A DNA stretch of 52,200 nucleotides, the filler included, from Bipalium vagum (Eukaryota): NCBI GenBank assembly GCA_037834085.1. It is 3 parts of 3 records of this genome, joined end to end, with 100 filler letters (N's around TTAATTAATTAA, not from the genome) between each part and the next. Parts side by side here need not be neighbours in the genome. Positions count along the whole stretch, not along the records: positions 16,099 to 35,631 come from JBBMKC010000866.1; positions 35,732 to 52,200 come from JBBMKC010110149.1; 1 more part is not named here. One strand, given 5' to 3'. Below, one piece after another: positions 24,322-36,980 of this stretch (positions within the stretch are counted from its first letter, which is position 1; every line of letters begins with the position of its first letter). The position numbers and the translations under genes are program-made. The notes beneath the pieces are model-generated. The model searched no databases and was not told the DNA's origin. It worked only from the letters and a program-made list of their open reading frames with translations.

Positions 24322-24699
24322 TGTTTTGTATTTTTAGTTTTATTAATTTCACAATCAATGATTAACGTTGAAATCTGGTGTGTATTAACATTTTTGAATA
24401 AACAAGATCTTGTCTGAAATTTTAAAAAATTCCCGTTACTGAATATTAATATTATTTAACTAATATCGTTTAACATTTTGTCTTTCATTTGAGTTTTTTA
24501 AATATTGGTTTTATTATAAAAAATTATATTTATAAAATATAATTTATTCTGTAAAAAGAAAACGTGCAATTTTAAAAAATTCTTTATTAATAAAGTTATG
24601 TAAATATGATTTAAAGTATTTTATAAATATTGATAAGAGAGTCTAAGGAATATGTTTTCCGAAATGAGAAGCCATCTAAAGTTTTGTGTTTAGGAATTT

Positions 24700-26249
24700 C
24701 GCATCGTAAATGTGCCAGTGTCTAACAGGCATTCAATATTTTTATCTTGTATTGTCAATGTCACGCTTGGCCTTGCATTTTATCAAATGATATTCCCTCT
24801 TGTCGGTATTCTTCGATTGTCATCAGGCTTTGATCTTCAGCATGATCTTCTTTCTGTTCCTTATCAGGAGATTTTCAAAAATCTGATAGCTTTTCCTCAT
24901 GAATGTATTCCGCCCTGTTTATACCCATCCTCTCTTCCACACTCCCACCATCTGCCACTGCATATCCGTTTCCCTCTTCTACGTCATCTGCTAACCTACG
25001 GGAGTAAACATTTCTGTTTAATAGACTGCCCCGACTACCTCCACTTCTGTCAAGGCCGAGCCATTTGGGTGGTCTATGAGATTGAGTCTCTCTGTAATAC
25101 CTTCATTCTTCTAGTGGGTCCGACATATTCATTATCTTGTGCCATGTTCATTGTATTGACATACCCTCCCCGTCTAAATAAATTAGTATTTTCTCCAATG
25201 TTTCGATATCCATTGTCCGCATCGTAGTTCCTGAAGTTCAATTTCTTATATGGCTCTCTTTCATACTTTCTTTTTCATAAAACAGTCTTTCTCTTCATGT
25301 CCATTTTTGTTGCATCTTCTACAATGAGCTTCCGTACAGAATCTTCTAATGTGTCCTTCTCTGCCACAAGCGTAACATCTTCTGATTTTCTTCACTGGGC
25401 ATACTCTGCTGATGTGTCCTTTTTGATTGCATGACCAGCATTCTATATTTTGTCTGTTATTCTTTTTTCCTCTTCTTCCTGGCGCGTTCCTGTATGTTGT
25501 CAAGGATGAATTATTCATTGAGCTTAATCGCTGAGGTTCGTTAATGACTGCTCCCCTGTAACTTCTAATGACATTAATCGTCCCAACTTCCCTGTCTAAG
25601 AGCTTAAGAGTTTCCACATTTTCTGAAGTGTCTAATATTTTTCTCATTTTAACCTCTCTTCAAATTTACATTCTCCGCACAATGCAACAAGAATTCTTTC
25701 TTGAGGGCTTCTTCATTCAAATCATGTGCCAATATTCTTTTCACCATCCTTTCAATCTTCTTACTGAATGTCTCAGCATCCTTTGAGCCTTTCTTGTATC
25801 GCAGAGCTTCTTCTAAGTCTTGTATTAAAGACTTTGGTTTTCCAAATGCTTTTCGAAGCCTATCCTCGAATCCACTGACTTCTTTTTCCGTTTTTCATAG
25901 ATATCGATGAGATCTCTGTCCAATAGGCCTTTACCATGATTTCCCTTTTCTTTTTGTCCATTTTAGAAGCGTCGAAAAATCTCACACAGTTTGCAATAAA
26001 TTCTTCCAGATTGTCATTTTTCCTAAATGTCTCCGGCATTAATCAGCTTAATAACAGATCCGTATTTGGTGTGGTCACCATGTTAGCTACGGCTATTTCA
26101 TTTTTTATGTCTTAAATCATATAAAAATAAGTACGCTTTCAAAATGTATTTCAAAACAACTTATCTTCCATCAACCGTATTATTTAAAGAACAAATGAAT
26201 TTGAATTGATTTTTTAATATTATTAATAATCCTCACACAGATTATTACA
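24700..26249 (-). mobile_element. 3'-truncated Gypsy-like LTR retrotransposon: putative 5' LTR (26249-26081), PBS, frameshifted gag with three CCHC knuckles, start of protease
   Basis: TGTAAT...CTAACA then TGGTGACC. Gag ATG at 26039. Knuckles CWSCNQKGHISRVC, CYACGREGHIRRFC and CRRCNKNGHEEKDC. IECLLDTG aspartyl-protease motif at ~24715-24740. The LTR outer boundary is inferred. Confidence 0.85.
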
Positions 26250-26547
26250 GTGATGTCTTACTTGAAACTCGAAGTAACCGACGCAAGCCTGGGAACCAGG
26301 ATTTTCACAAATATTTAGACATAGATAAAATGAATCTAATAGAATAATTTATGAAACCATTTTATTAAAATATTTTATGTAATGTGAAGTTTTAAAATAC
26401 TTTTTGAAGTTTTATATAATGTTATTGATTATAAATTCTGCATTATGTTTTAAATATTTCCTATTGGTTTTCTTGTTGACTGTTAATTTCTCATTTGTAT
26501 TCAATTCTAATTCTTTTTCATTATTTTTATTATCTTGTTTTTGTTCT

Positions 26548-26680
26548 AATTTATTTAAATGTTGTACTAATTTATCAGAATTTTGTTTTAATTTATATAA
26601 ATGTACTAATTTATCCAAATTTTGTCTTAATTTATTTAAACCTTGTTTTAATTTTTCTAAATTCTACTAATTTATTTTTA
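26548..26680. repeat. Degenerate ~21/39-42 bp tandem repeat within a decayed K/N/L-rich minus-strand ORF
   Basis: Recurring AATTTAT.TAAATG..TACTAATTTATC..AATTTTGT.TT; encodes DKLVH/DKLVQH/NKLEQ heptad-like units. Confidence 0.6.
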
Positions 26681-27084
26681 TCTAAAATTTCTAAGTTGGG
26701 TTTTAGAAATGCTGTTCAATTTTCTATTTAAATGTTTTCTGTTTTTCAATGATTTTGTTGATTAGTTTCAAAGCTGTTTTGAGTACCTATAATTGCTTCT
26801 AGTTCCATAATTCTATTTTTATTTTCTCTTTCATTTTGATTTAAATCCTTTTTATAAAAGAAAAATATTAAATTTTATAAACAGAATATTAAATATTTTT
26901 ATAATTAATGGAATAATTGAAAAATATTTTTGTGAAGTTTTTAAAAAATTATTTCAAATTATAATAAAAATAAAAATGTATATACAAACATAATTTATTT
27001 AATAGATTTAATAGTACTAACAATACTAATAAAAAGAGTAATAAAAATACTATAACAGAGACATATACAGAAATTTTTAACGTT

Positions 27085-27185
27085 AATAAAATTGGAGGTG
27101 ATATTCATGAATCGAAATTAAATAAATATTGTTAAATAAATTTTCAATAGAAAAATATTCTGAAGAATTACATTTTAAAATCTTT
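27085..27185 (+). pseudogene. Second fragment of the PLA2X-like gene N-terminus
   Basis: KIGGDIHESKLNKY-LNKFSIEKYSEELHFK aligns with KIGGDIQRSITNNKVLNKFTIGKYPGEFHLK at 21764. Confidence 0.7.
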
Positions 27186-28537
27186 AAACCTTTTTAACAA
27201 TAAAAATTTTCTATGGTGTTCTGTTAATCATATTTTTAAAATTGTATTTGAAAAAACATGAAAAGATGTGAAGTTATATTTTCAATTGATTTTACATCTC
27301 CTATTTCAATTTTAAAAAATAATAATGATTTTGATAAATCTTTAGCATTTGCTGTTTATAATAAAGAAATTGTTAGTTTATTTAAATTTATTTCTGTTGT
27401 TGGATTTAGACAACTTTCTAAATAATCATACTTTTGTTTATAAATCTTGATGATTAATATTCTAAATTAAGATAAGTCATCTATTAATAAGAAAAAGATG
27501 TAAGAAGCTGTGAGATGAAATCTAATATTTTTTTATTTCTTAAAAATCATGTTTCAGGAATTTAATTGAACTTCAAGAGAAACTTACATGAGAGGAAGTC
27601 GAATAAATGAAAATCAGATTTGTAATACTTTTCATCTTTTAATTTATAAAAAATATTTATATTATTTTATATAACAATTTAATAAATAACCAGTCTTCTT
27701 TCTCCATAAAATGAATTAACATGTCCGAAATAATTCTATTTTTATTTCGTTTTGAAATTTTGAAAATTTTTAAAAATTTGCATTGTTTCTTAGCCTTATA
27801 GGTAATTTAAAAATAGATTATGATAAAAATAACTTACTATGTTTTTCTTTATTAAAATATTATACATTAATACATTGGCATAATATCTTGATTTTTTCAT
27901 TTATTACATAAAAAATAATTAATTCTTTCACTTTATAAATTTTATTTTTTATTCGAATTTATTCATTTCTATTATATAAAATATTAATTTCTTTCTCAAA
28001 ATTTCTATGTAAAAATTTTTTCACTTTATACATATAAGGAGTGATTTGAACAATTAGTTTGCTTTAATTTTTTAAATAAAGAACCTCACGCCTAAATTAA
28101 TGATTATTAAATTTTTTAAATTTTAAGTTTTGCCAAGACTTATTTTAAATTTAATTTCATTAATTGTTTAAACAATTATCGGGAAAAAATTTAAATTTTG
28201 GCCTACAACATTTTTGAACAGCATTACTTAGAAAATTGTATATTAAATAATTTAAACAAAGAGTATAAACCGAAGTTGAATTCAGTTTTAAAGTTTATCA
28301 AAATTATTATTTACCTCAGAATTCTATTTTAATCTAATCATTTTCTTACATTTTCACAACTTTTCGACTGACTATTTTTTATTTTATTTATTTTTCTTTA
28401 TATATTGAAATATTCGATGAAAATTATTAATCAAAATTAAATAATACTAAATTTTGAACAAAATGTAAATATTTTTTTCTATAATTTGTTATAACTTTGA
28501 AATTTCAATCCATTTTCAATTGAAAAAACTGAACATA

Positions 28538-30070
28538 TCATTTCTCATTATATCGACGTGAAAAAATATAATTCTGAATTTTAGAAAATCGAATTATACC
28601 CTCGTTTCCTTGAAGTACTTCTTGGTATTCTTTTTCTGTAATGGTTTCGGAAAAATTTACTTTAAAATTTTGTAAAATACTTATAAAAAATATAAAATAT
28701 TCCATTCTGGCTAAAGATTCTCCAAGACACTGCCGTTTTCCCATTGAGAAAGGAATCAACTCTTCTCGTGGACTGTATTTCAATTCTCCATCATACGTAA
28801 AACTTAAAAATCGTTCCGGTTTGAATTCCCATGGATCATCCCAAATATTTGGATCAAAATGACAAGAAAGTAAATTTGGAAATATTAAAGAATTTTCTGG
28901 AATGAAATAACCATTAACAGTGGTATCCGTGAATGTTCGACGAATAACTAAGTTAACTGGAACTCCAATTCTTAATACTTCATCCATTACCGCTGCGGTA
29001 TAATTTAGATTCTTTTTATCATTCATTGTCACCATTCTTTCGTTTCCAATTTTATCAATAATTTCCAAATGAACCTTTTCTTGAATATCAGGAAATTTTG
29101 CCATAAACAGCAAGCTCCATCCTAAAGTCGTTGATGTTGTTTCATAACCTGCCATAAGTAATTCGAATGAATTCCGAATCAGTTGCCAGTCGGTAAAGGT
29201 ATCAACCGATCCCGATTTTTCTTTCATTTCATGCTGCTTAATTAAGAACCTGTCAATTAAGTCTTCGCCATCCGAATTAAAATCAATTCTTTCTTTGTGT
29301 TCCTCGATCTCTTCTTGAAAATAAGAATGAGCTTTGTCAAACATCTTCTGATGAGGGCTTATCTTTAATAGAATTTTACTAAGAAATTCCGAGTTACTCA
29401 ATATTGGAAATGCTAAATTGATCCAAGAAAAAGAATCGCTTTTTTTCGCTACTTCTGTTAATAATTTTTCAATAAATCTCAGTTTTGGATCTTCTCTGGA
29501 AAATCGTTTATTCATAATAAATTTGGAAATTATATTTGCTGTATAAACTGGAATCAAATGAGTAAAATCGACAGATTTGCCATTAAATGCCATTAGTTCA
29601 TCTATGAAAATGCTACACTCGTTTTGAACGGTTTCCATGAATTTGGTTTTACCTAATCCAAAATCTCGAAGAACAGTCAGAAGAAAAGATCTTTGTTTAG
29701 CCCATTTGTCTCCTTCGGTGAATAAAATGCCAGCGTTTTTTGAAAGAATTGTAAACCATTGGATCTTGAATCTTCCAGAAAAAGCGTCACCGTTATCTCT
29801 CAACGACTTTTTAATGGTGTCAAAATTGTTCAATATTACGATATCTCTCATTCCAATTCTTATTTTGTATATCGGACCATGTTTTTGGCTTAATTTTGAT
29901 AAATGAAGCATCAAAGGGACTTCAGGTTTAGATATGATACCTAATAGTACCAATCCTTTTTCAAAAGGTAATTCTTTTAATCCTTGTGGTATTGTATATC
30001 GATTTTTTTGTGATCGGTATAATAAATAAATAAAAACTCCAACAAGTAAAAATGTTATAAATGTAAGCAT
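28538..30070 (-). CDS. Cytochrome P450, clan 2 (CYP2-like), intronless, 510 aa
   Basis: N-terminal membrane anchor, WAKQR (WxxxR), AGYETT (I-helix), EVLR (ExxR), PERF and the FSMGKRQCLG heme motif. Confidence 0.97.
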   Translation of the reverse strand: MLTFITFLLVGVFIYLLYRSQKNRYTIPQGLKELPFEKGLVLLGIISKPEVPLMLHLSKLSQKHGPIYKIRIGMRDIVILNNFDTIKKSLRDNGDAFSGRFKIQWFTILSKNAGILFTEGDKWAKQRSFLLTVLRDFGLGKTKFMETVQNECSIFIDELMAFNGKSVDFTHLIPVYTANIISKFIMNKRFSREDPKLRFIEKLLTEVAKKSDSFSWINLAFPILSNSEFLSKILLKISPHQKMFDKAHSYFQEEIEEHKERIDFNSDGEDLIDRFLIKQHEMKEKSGSVDTFTDWQLIRNSFELLMAGYETTSTTLGWSLLFMAKFPDIQEKVHLEIIDKIGNERMVTMNDKKNLNYTAAVMDEVLRIGVPVNLVIRRTFTDTTVNGYFIPENSLIFPNLLSCHFDPNIWDDPWEFKPERFLSFTYDGELKYSPREELIPFSMGKRQCLGESLARMEYFIFFISILQNFKVNFSETITEKEYQEVLQGNEGIIRFSKIQNYIFSRRYNEK

Positions 30071-30299
30071 AATCTTGTAATAATTATGATAACCTTAACC
30101 AGTTGATAAATGTTTATATATCAAAACTGTATTTATGTGTAACGTTGTTGTATATAAATTCAATTATTATTGAACCACTTAACGACTTTAATTTATATCG
30201 TATATTGAAGTTACAAAAGTGCATAGAATTAATAATAAACTTTTATTAATCAAATCTTTAACAATGAACATTGAAATTAATCAAAGTAAGCACCATCAG

Positions 30300-31170
30300 C
30301 AATTATACACTTATGTCATCTAGTCCGCAGTTCGGAGATATTTTTATCAAAAAACTACATTTCATAAAGGCACTTTGAAAAGCCTCTTGGGATCGGAATT
30401 TTTTTCTTTGTAAGGATTTTTCCAAATCCTTGAAAAAATGTTAATCGGTATGAGAAAGGTTTATCTTTATTGGCTAATTTAAGATGTTATTTTGTAAGAT
30501 TCTTCATCATATCTTCCAATTAAATGCAGTAGATTTTAAGTGTGACGTATTGACCTTGTTTCATTAAACTGTATTAACTTAACCTACACATGTCTATCAA
30601 ACAAAACAGTTTCTTTTCATGAATTCTCGATTTTAGACCATGTTTGAGAGGTTCATTTGCATCTTACTATCTGGCACTTCGCTTACGATTGTCTTATAGG
30701 GTTCACTTTTCATAACAGGTAACAATACTATTCAAAAATGGATTATTCTTATTCCGTGAGACAACAGGATTACATACACTGAAACGCTTTTGCACATGGA
30801 TTTCCGTTAATTCATATTGAATCCATCGATCTAGTTTTTTGACTTTATTTATTTGTCTTACATGTTCTAAAATGGTTTGAGTAGAAACATAACTAGAAAC
30901 ATTGCTGCTAATTCTGCGGTAAATTGGGATGTGCTGCTTTCTACTTTAGCTTTCAATTTGTAATTGTTCACTTTGTTTGCAGATTCACCTTGGTGCTGAT
31001 TTTCCTACTCAAAGTCACAAAATTTGAATTTTGGAAACCAACAACTGATGATGTTTTGATTATATGCTCTATTGCCAAACATATTTTTCATGTTCTTGGT
31101 GCTTTGGGCAAACCTGGATCTACTACGGAATTCATTTTCAATGACAATGAAATTTTTCGATTTTTCCATT
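30300..31170 (-). mobile_element. Heavily decayed mariner
   Basis: MEKSK..IENEFR..NMFG..CWFPKFK..KVNNYKLKAKVESSTSQFTAELAA, a mariner N-terminus. Decayed C-terminal relics lie toward 30300. Confidence 0.75.
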
Positions 31171-31749
31171 AGCAGTAAAACATAAGTTACAGATTTTATT
31201 TAAAAATATATATTAAAGACTTACCTTTTTTTCTTAAGTGTCGAAAAGTATATTTAACATTAATGCTTTGAAAATACTATCCATTCTATTAAAATAATTA
31301 AATTGGATATTTTTGTTGTGCTTGATAGGTCTAATGTGACTTTCTTGAAGTTGGTAAGCAATCCAAAATAGAGTTTTGATATATTGCTTTCGGTTGCATG
31401 TGATACACTATGCTTCCATCCAATGTCAAGACTTATTTTGTGAAGTGGTCAATGACAAGAACGGTCAGATCGTTGTTGATTTTTGAAAAACAATCTTTTG
31501 TGGTTTTTCAAACCAATTACCATAATAACGTTCTTTTTTAAGTTTTACTTCACCATAAACATCTTTTCGCAAGCTTGTGATACAATTACAATGCAATTGA
31601 TACAATAACAATACAAACAAATATATCTCAAATGTATGTTTCGACCTCCAATGCTAAAACTGCCACATAAAATACGAAACAAAGAAATCTATTAAATTAG
31701 CTTACTGACTGAATTTAGGTTCATCGAATATTTTTAAATAGTATTTAAA

Positions 31750-32070
31750 AGATTATTATTTATTTTAAATACAGCTAAATTGAAATTGTTGCTTTTCTTG
31801 GTCCTTCTTGTACGTTTTCTTTTTCTAATTCTGTTATTTTATTACTGACCCGGGCCTCTCCGTAATTTTTTCTTCTTAATATGAGTTAAGCTGAGCTGCA
31901 TCCTAACGTTTTTTGAAATGCTGCGTTAAGGCAAACTCAATTTCTAGTAACAAATTTTCCAAATCATTGTCTCTTCTCTCAGCCATAGTAGTATTCACAT
32001 AGTTAAGTATTGTTTGGAATTATCTTTCTATTATCCCATCTGCCTTATGATGATACGGACTGGACAAAGC
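31750..32070 (-). mobile_element. Gypsy-like integrase fragment
   Basis: SSPYHHKADGIIER*FQTI...LLLEIEFAL..FQKTLGCS (PYHPQ.NG..ER-type motif). Confidence 0.7.
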
Positions 32071-35000
32071 AGTGAAAAATACGCACCCAAAATATTTAGA
32101 GACACATAAAATGAACTTCCAGCACAATAAATTTTGAGTTTTTTGTGATTACCTGTTGAATTCATCGGACATTGCTCCGAGTGACTATAAAATGTTTTAA
32201 TCAGTGACACACAAGAGCTTTCGGAATCTCACTTCAACAAATTTTGAAGAAATAGTGCAAACTTAAGTTTCGATAAATATTGTTATAAATATTTATTGTA
32301 CTCTTGAAAATGCTAATCATTTAAATACTATTTTTTTGTTTTCTTGAATTTGAATTTCAAAATGTTTTTATATATGATAAGAATTTTTAAGTTTTTCTTG
32401 TTATTAAGGGATATAGTGAATTTCGAACCATCATTTATCTAACTTTATTCAAGTCTCAGTTGAAGAGGTTCAAATTAAAATTACATAACAAAAACACTCG
32501 AAAAAATGATAGAATTCAATAATGGAATTTTAAGTATTAAGATTAAATTTAAAGTATTTTTAACAGTGTAAACTTCTAACAAGATCGAAGGTTTTTATGC
32601 AATGCAAACTAAAAATTATTATTTTAAGATTGATTTAACAAGAAAATTCTCAGGAATATTTTATTAATGACATGATGCAATATAATGATTTGATGTGTTT
32701 AGTTTTCTTCCTATAATTAAAATGAACGTAATTTACATAATAATAATAAAATAATATTATTATTAACTTTTAATAAATAAATACTGTATTTCTATATCTT
32801 AAAGTTAGCTAATAATGTTATCTTTTTAACATTTCGAAAAAAAAATTTAATAAGAGTTTATAATAATAATTTTAATCATAAAAATCTTTTTATGAGGTCA
32901 TTCGAAAAGAAATTACCGCTTTTATTCAATCAATCATAATAATTTTTTAAAAGATATATATTATGCAATCGTCAAAGTAATCTCCATCGTATCTATGACT
33001 TGTTAAGGAGAAATCAATTTTTCAATCCTTCTTTAGTTAAATCTTCTTCTTTGGAATCGAAAAACTGGAGCATGCCGTTTTTTATAGTATCTTGGTTTTA
33101 AAATTTTTTTACCCGAAAGGAAATGCTACATTTATCAGAATAAGTGATAGTCAGAGGGTACTATATCTTTGGAAATATTGATGATGACGGAGAACATCCC
33201 ATCCAAATTCCATAATTTACTCGACGGCACTTTTACGACTGTGTATTACCTTGATGCAGGATAAAGTATTTTATATTGCTCAATGCGGTGCTTAAGAGCT
33301 TCAACAATAGACAAATTAAATCGTCTTGTGATAATCTAACATATATGATGTTCGGTTAATCAAGCAAAATTTATTTTTCTGGACTACAGACAATATATTA
33401 AAATTATTTATTGATTTCGTGTACCTATTTATAATCATAACTTTTATAAATATACTTGTATTATATTAACAAATATATTATTTCCAAAGTCAGAATGTTG
33501 ACAAATGAAGAAAGATATTTTATATTTAGAATATCATACCATACAATATATAATGTTGGTATAGTGGGGATTGAATATATAAATTGAAAGTTATATATAA
33601 CCGTAGCAAAATGAATTCTTTTTTGATTAAAATATAATTATATAAGTTCTTTTGATTATAATACCAGTTTGATGTTTATCATACTTTAGCTGGGCACCAA
33701 CATAAACATACTCTGGATATGAGAACTGTGTTGAGAAATGAGTCAATACAAAAATGTGTTGCTTAAGCGAGTTTATCATTAATCTGCTAAAAAGCTAAAT
33801 TAATGGTAAATAAATGAATGTTGTGCATTTGTAGAATAAAATATAATTGTAAGGGATTTTCTATAGTGAAATCATTACTATTGATGTCTATTGCGTTGTC
33901 ATATTTAAATCAAAAAATCCTAGACATGTCTAGTGCTACTAGCAAGAAATGACGCAATTATCGACATTATGACTTAAGGACTACCGAATAGATTGATAAG
34001 CTTAGCTGAGGAATCTTATTTCATATATTTCAAGCATAATTTTATAAGATATTCACATATTCCGGTCGCTGCAACAATTTTAAAGTGAAAAATCATTCAG
34101 AGTGAATTAGGATGTTGAAAGTCCATTAGAAAAAATTTCTGTTTAAAACGTCTTATTCAAAGTGACTTAATTTGCTAAATGAAATATGATTAATAGTGAT
34201 AGATTATCATGGAAACTATTTCAATAAATAAAATAAATACTTGTTATCTCTGAAATTTTATAAAACATACCCGTATGGAATATGTAATTACTTATTAATC
34301 TAATATAAAATTCTTATTAGGGCATTGAATAACCTTTCTGAATATTGACAATAAATAGTGAAGAAAAAAAACGTGTAAAATATACCATTCAAATTAGTTA
34401 TTAAAATAATGCAACTAGCACTGGTAATAATTAAGATATTTTAAAGTTCATTATAATTTTAGGAGTACATTTCTATAATTACTTAAATTTGGAAACTAAA
34501 TAGAACAATATTTGATGAAAGTTTTTAAAATTATAATTCTGAATATAGAAATTAACCATCTAACAAAATAATAAGTATAATGTTTTGCACTGGGAAACAA
34601 TATAAAATAAAAATCTAACTCGATTAAGCAAAATTATAACAATTCTTCTAAAAATTGATATGCTGTCGATTAATAGATCTAATGAATGCCTAAAGCATAA
34701 ATAAAAAATTTAAAGCTATTTTATGTAAAATATTTTATTTTTAAAATTTTTTGATTAATATTTTATTTTTTTATATTTTAAATTTTGTTAATTAATTTTT
34801 TTTCAAAGCATTTAATAATCTACATTGAAAGGTTTATGTTGTTAGTACTAAAATATCAACACAAAGTTTATTAGTTAGGAAGTTTTATTTATTTTTATTA
34901 GAATATATCAAAATTATTTATAGTCACTTCAAAACCAAAATTAACCTAAATTTTTAATATTTCAAGTGATTTCAAAAAAAGAAACAAAAATCTATTTCCA

Positions 35001-35231
35001 GATAAATTTCATTAACTATGCTGTGATTATCGTCCTAATATTGGTCAGAACTTTTAATTATCTCAAGTTCAACACATTACCAAAAATTTCTGACCTCAAC
35101 GATAATATTAAGTTGTCAGTATGAAATGTATTTTTTTATGTAAACTTTCAAAAACAATTATTTAATAATTAATAACTTTTGTTTAAATACACTAAATTAA
35201 AACAGGAATTTCAAGATTTATTTACATTCTT

Positions 35232-35600
35232 TAGGTGAGCGTATTAAATTAGAATAAAATTTTATTTTTCATCACTTTCTAAATGTACTAGATCAAGAAA
35301 ATTGAATATGAATGTATACGAGTTTACAATCAAGAGTGATGCATCAGAGGCAGTTGAAAGCATCAATGGTACATGGGGTGAAGTTACTACTAATACACAG
35401 TACAGTGCTGGTTCAATAACTATAACAATGGTGATATGAACTAGATAAATGAAGACCGGCTTATTGCTTAAATGAAGAGATTGAAAGCAACTGTAGAATG
35501 AAATACTCTCCAAACAATGAGAGAAATAACTCAGGATTTTAATGTGTCAAAATCTATTAGGTGTACAAGTTGAAAATGACGTTTTTTAAGACTGTAAAAA
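35232..35600 (+). mobile_element. Mariner 5' fragment followed by another mariner-like TIR start
   Basis: YEF..SDASEAVESINGTWGE..VQCWF..GD relic. TTAGGTG termini at ~35232 and ~35557. Confidence 0.6.
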
Positions 35601-35631
35601 AGTTTATTTTTTACAAGAATAAACAAAATTT

Positions 35632-35731
35632 NNNNNNNNNNNNNNNNNNNNNNNNNNNNNNNNNNNNNNNNNNNNTTAATTAATTAANNNNNNNNNNNNN
35701 NNNNNNNNNNNNNNNNNNNNNNNNNNNNNNN
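35632..35731. other. Artificial 100-nt contig spacer N44-TTAATTAATTAA-N44
   Basis: Same as 15999-16098. Confidence 0.95.

Positions 35732-35803
<72 letters not shown>
35732..35803. repeat. (ATT)n microsatellite
   Basis: Direct observation. Confidence 0.95.
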
Positions 35804-35805
<2 letters not shown>

Positions 35806-36709
35806 GGAATATTTATTATTTATTATTTATATAAAATATAATATTTAATATTATATAAAAAGAAACATGATATACAATATTTATAAATAAAATGCAAAAA
35901 TATAATTGCTAAAAAAGTAATTATTGAAAATAGTTTTCATTAGTGTTTACAAAAAATGAATGATGAATATAGATTAAATTCCAAAATAAGTGTTTTTTCA
36001 ATAATACATTCATTAGTTATGGATAATGTCTGATATCCTAAACCACCTTCAGAAGTGGAAAAAATGCATACTGAGAGTGTAGAAAGATAAGATCTCCGTA
36101 TGAAATATTTTTTACGGTGTCTTGGCATGGAAAAAATCTATTAATTATAAACCTACAGACTTCGATTAAACAGTACTTTATTGGCATTGTGATAAAAAGA
36201 TGACTAAAATAAATATCAAGTATTCGGAAAAGTTTTTTAATTGACACTTTTTAAGTTTGATTCAGACAAAAGAACCTGTGACTTCAAAGTGACCTCTTTA
36301 GTCTCAACCAAACAAAAGATGTTCACTAAAAGCCTGTCTTCAGTAGTGAGTGTTTCCTAATTGTTTCAATGTCTGACAAATCTGAAGACCCGAACTCAAT
36401 GTTTCGATCGAAGAATAAGAAAGCATGATTTCTTCTTATTATATTTTTATTTATAATTATGAACTAATTATCTTTAAAGAATATAACCCTGAAATCGATC
36501 TTCAGCATCATTAAGAAATTTTAATTTAGTGAGAGTTCGGAAAGAGACAATTTTTGATATTCTGAAAGTTAATTAATGAAAATGATTTGGATTTTAATTT
36601 AAAATTAATTTCCCATCATTTAGGTTTGTCTTTTGTGTGAAGTGCATATCTTTCAAACGTAAAAATATTATAGTCTTAGCATTTGTTTTAATCAACAATA
36701 TTTAATTAT

Positions 36710-36980
36710 ATCGTGAATTTTTAGGGAAACAGTCTCGGTTTGCTGCTACATAATGATGTAAGGAAAGTTTGTTTCAACCGCGATTCTTCCAAAATTGCAG
36801 CCAATTCGTAAAGCATCTTGCACGACTGAACATCGTTCATCTTGCTTTGATTCACATCTTCAGTTTTTTCTTTCAATAACACTGCCTGTTTCTTTAAATT
36901 TTTGTAACAGTCGCATTTTCATCACTTGAGTAAAAACATTTATTAATGAAAATCCTGTCCACCAAAGAAATCATGCTTTA
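36710..36980 (-). mobile_element. Tc1-like N-terminal relic
   Basis: LQKFKETGSVIE motif. Confidence 0.45.

Noticed and set aside
24712-25227. 171-aa plus-strand ORF (also 25568-25786 and 25701-25910)
   Set aside because: Antisense shadow of the purine-rich gag/protease region
26548-26680. Repeat array as CRISPR-like
   Set aside because: Degenerate tandem coding repeat with no unique spacers and no cas genes, in a eukaryotic context
28641-29906. Plus-strand ORFs inside the P450
   Set aside because: Antisense shadows of a real CDS
16738-30070. CNNM-ESD-CYP as a detoxification gene cluster
   Set aside because: Unrelated pathways, mixed orientation and no shared regulatory signal seen; co-location is likely incidental
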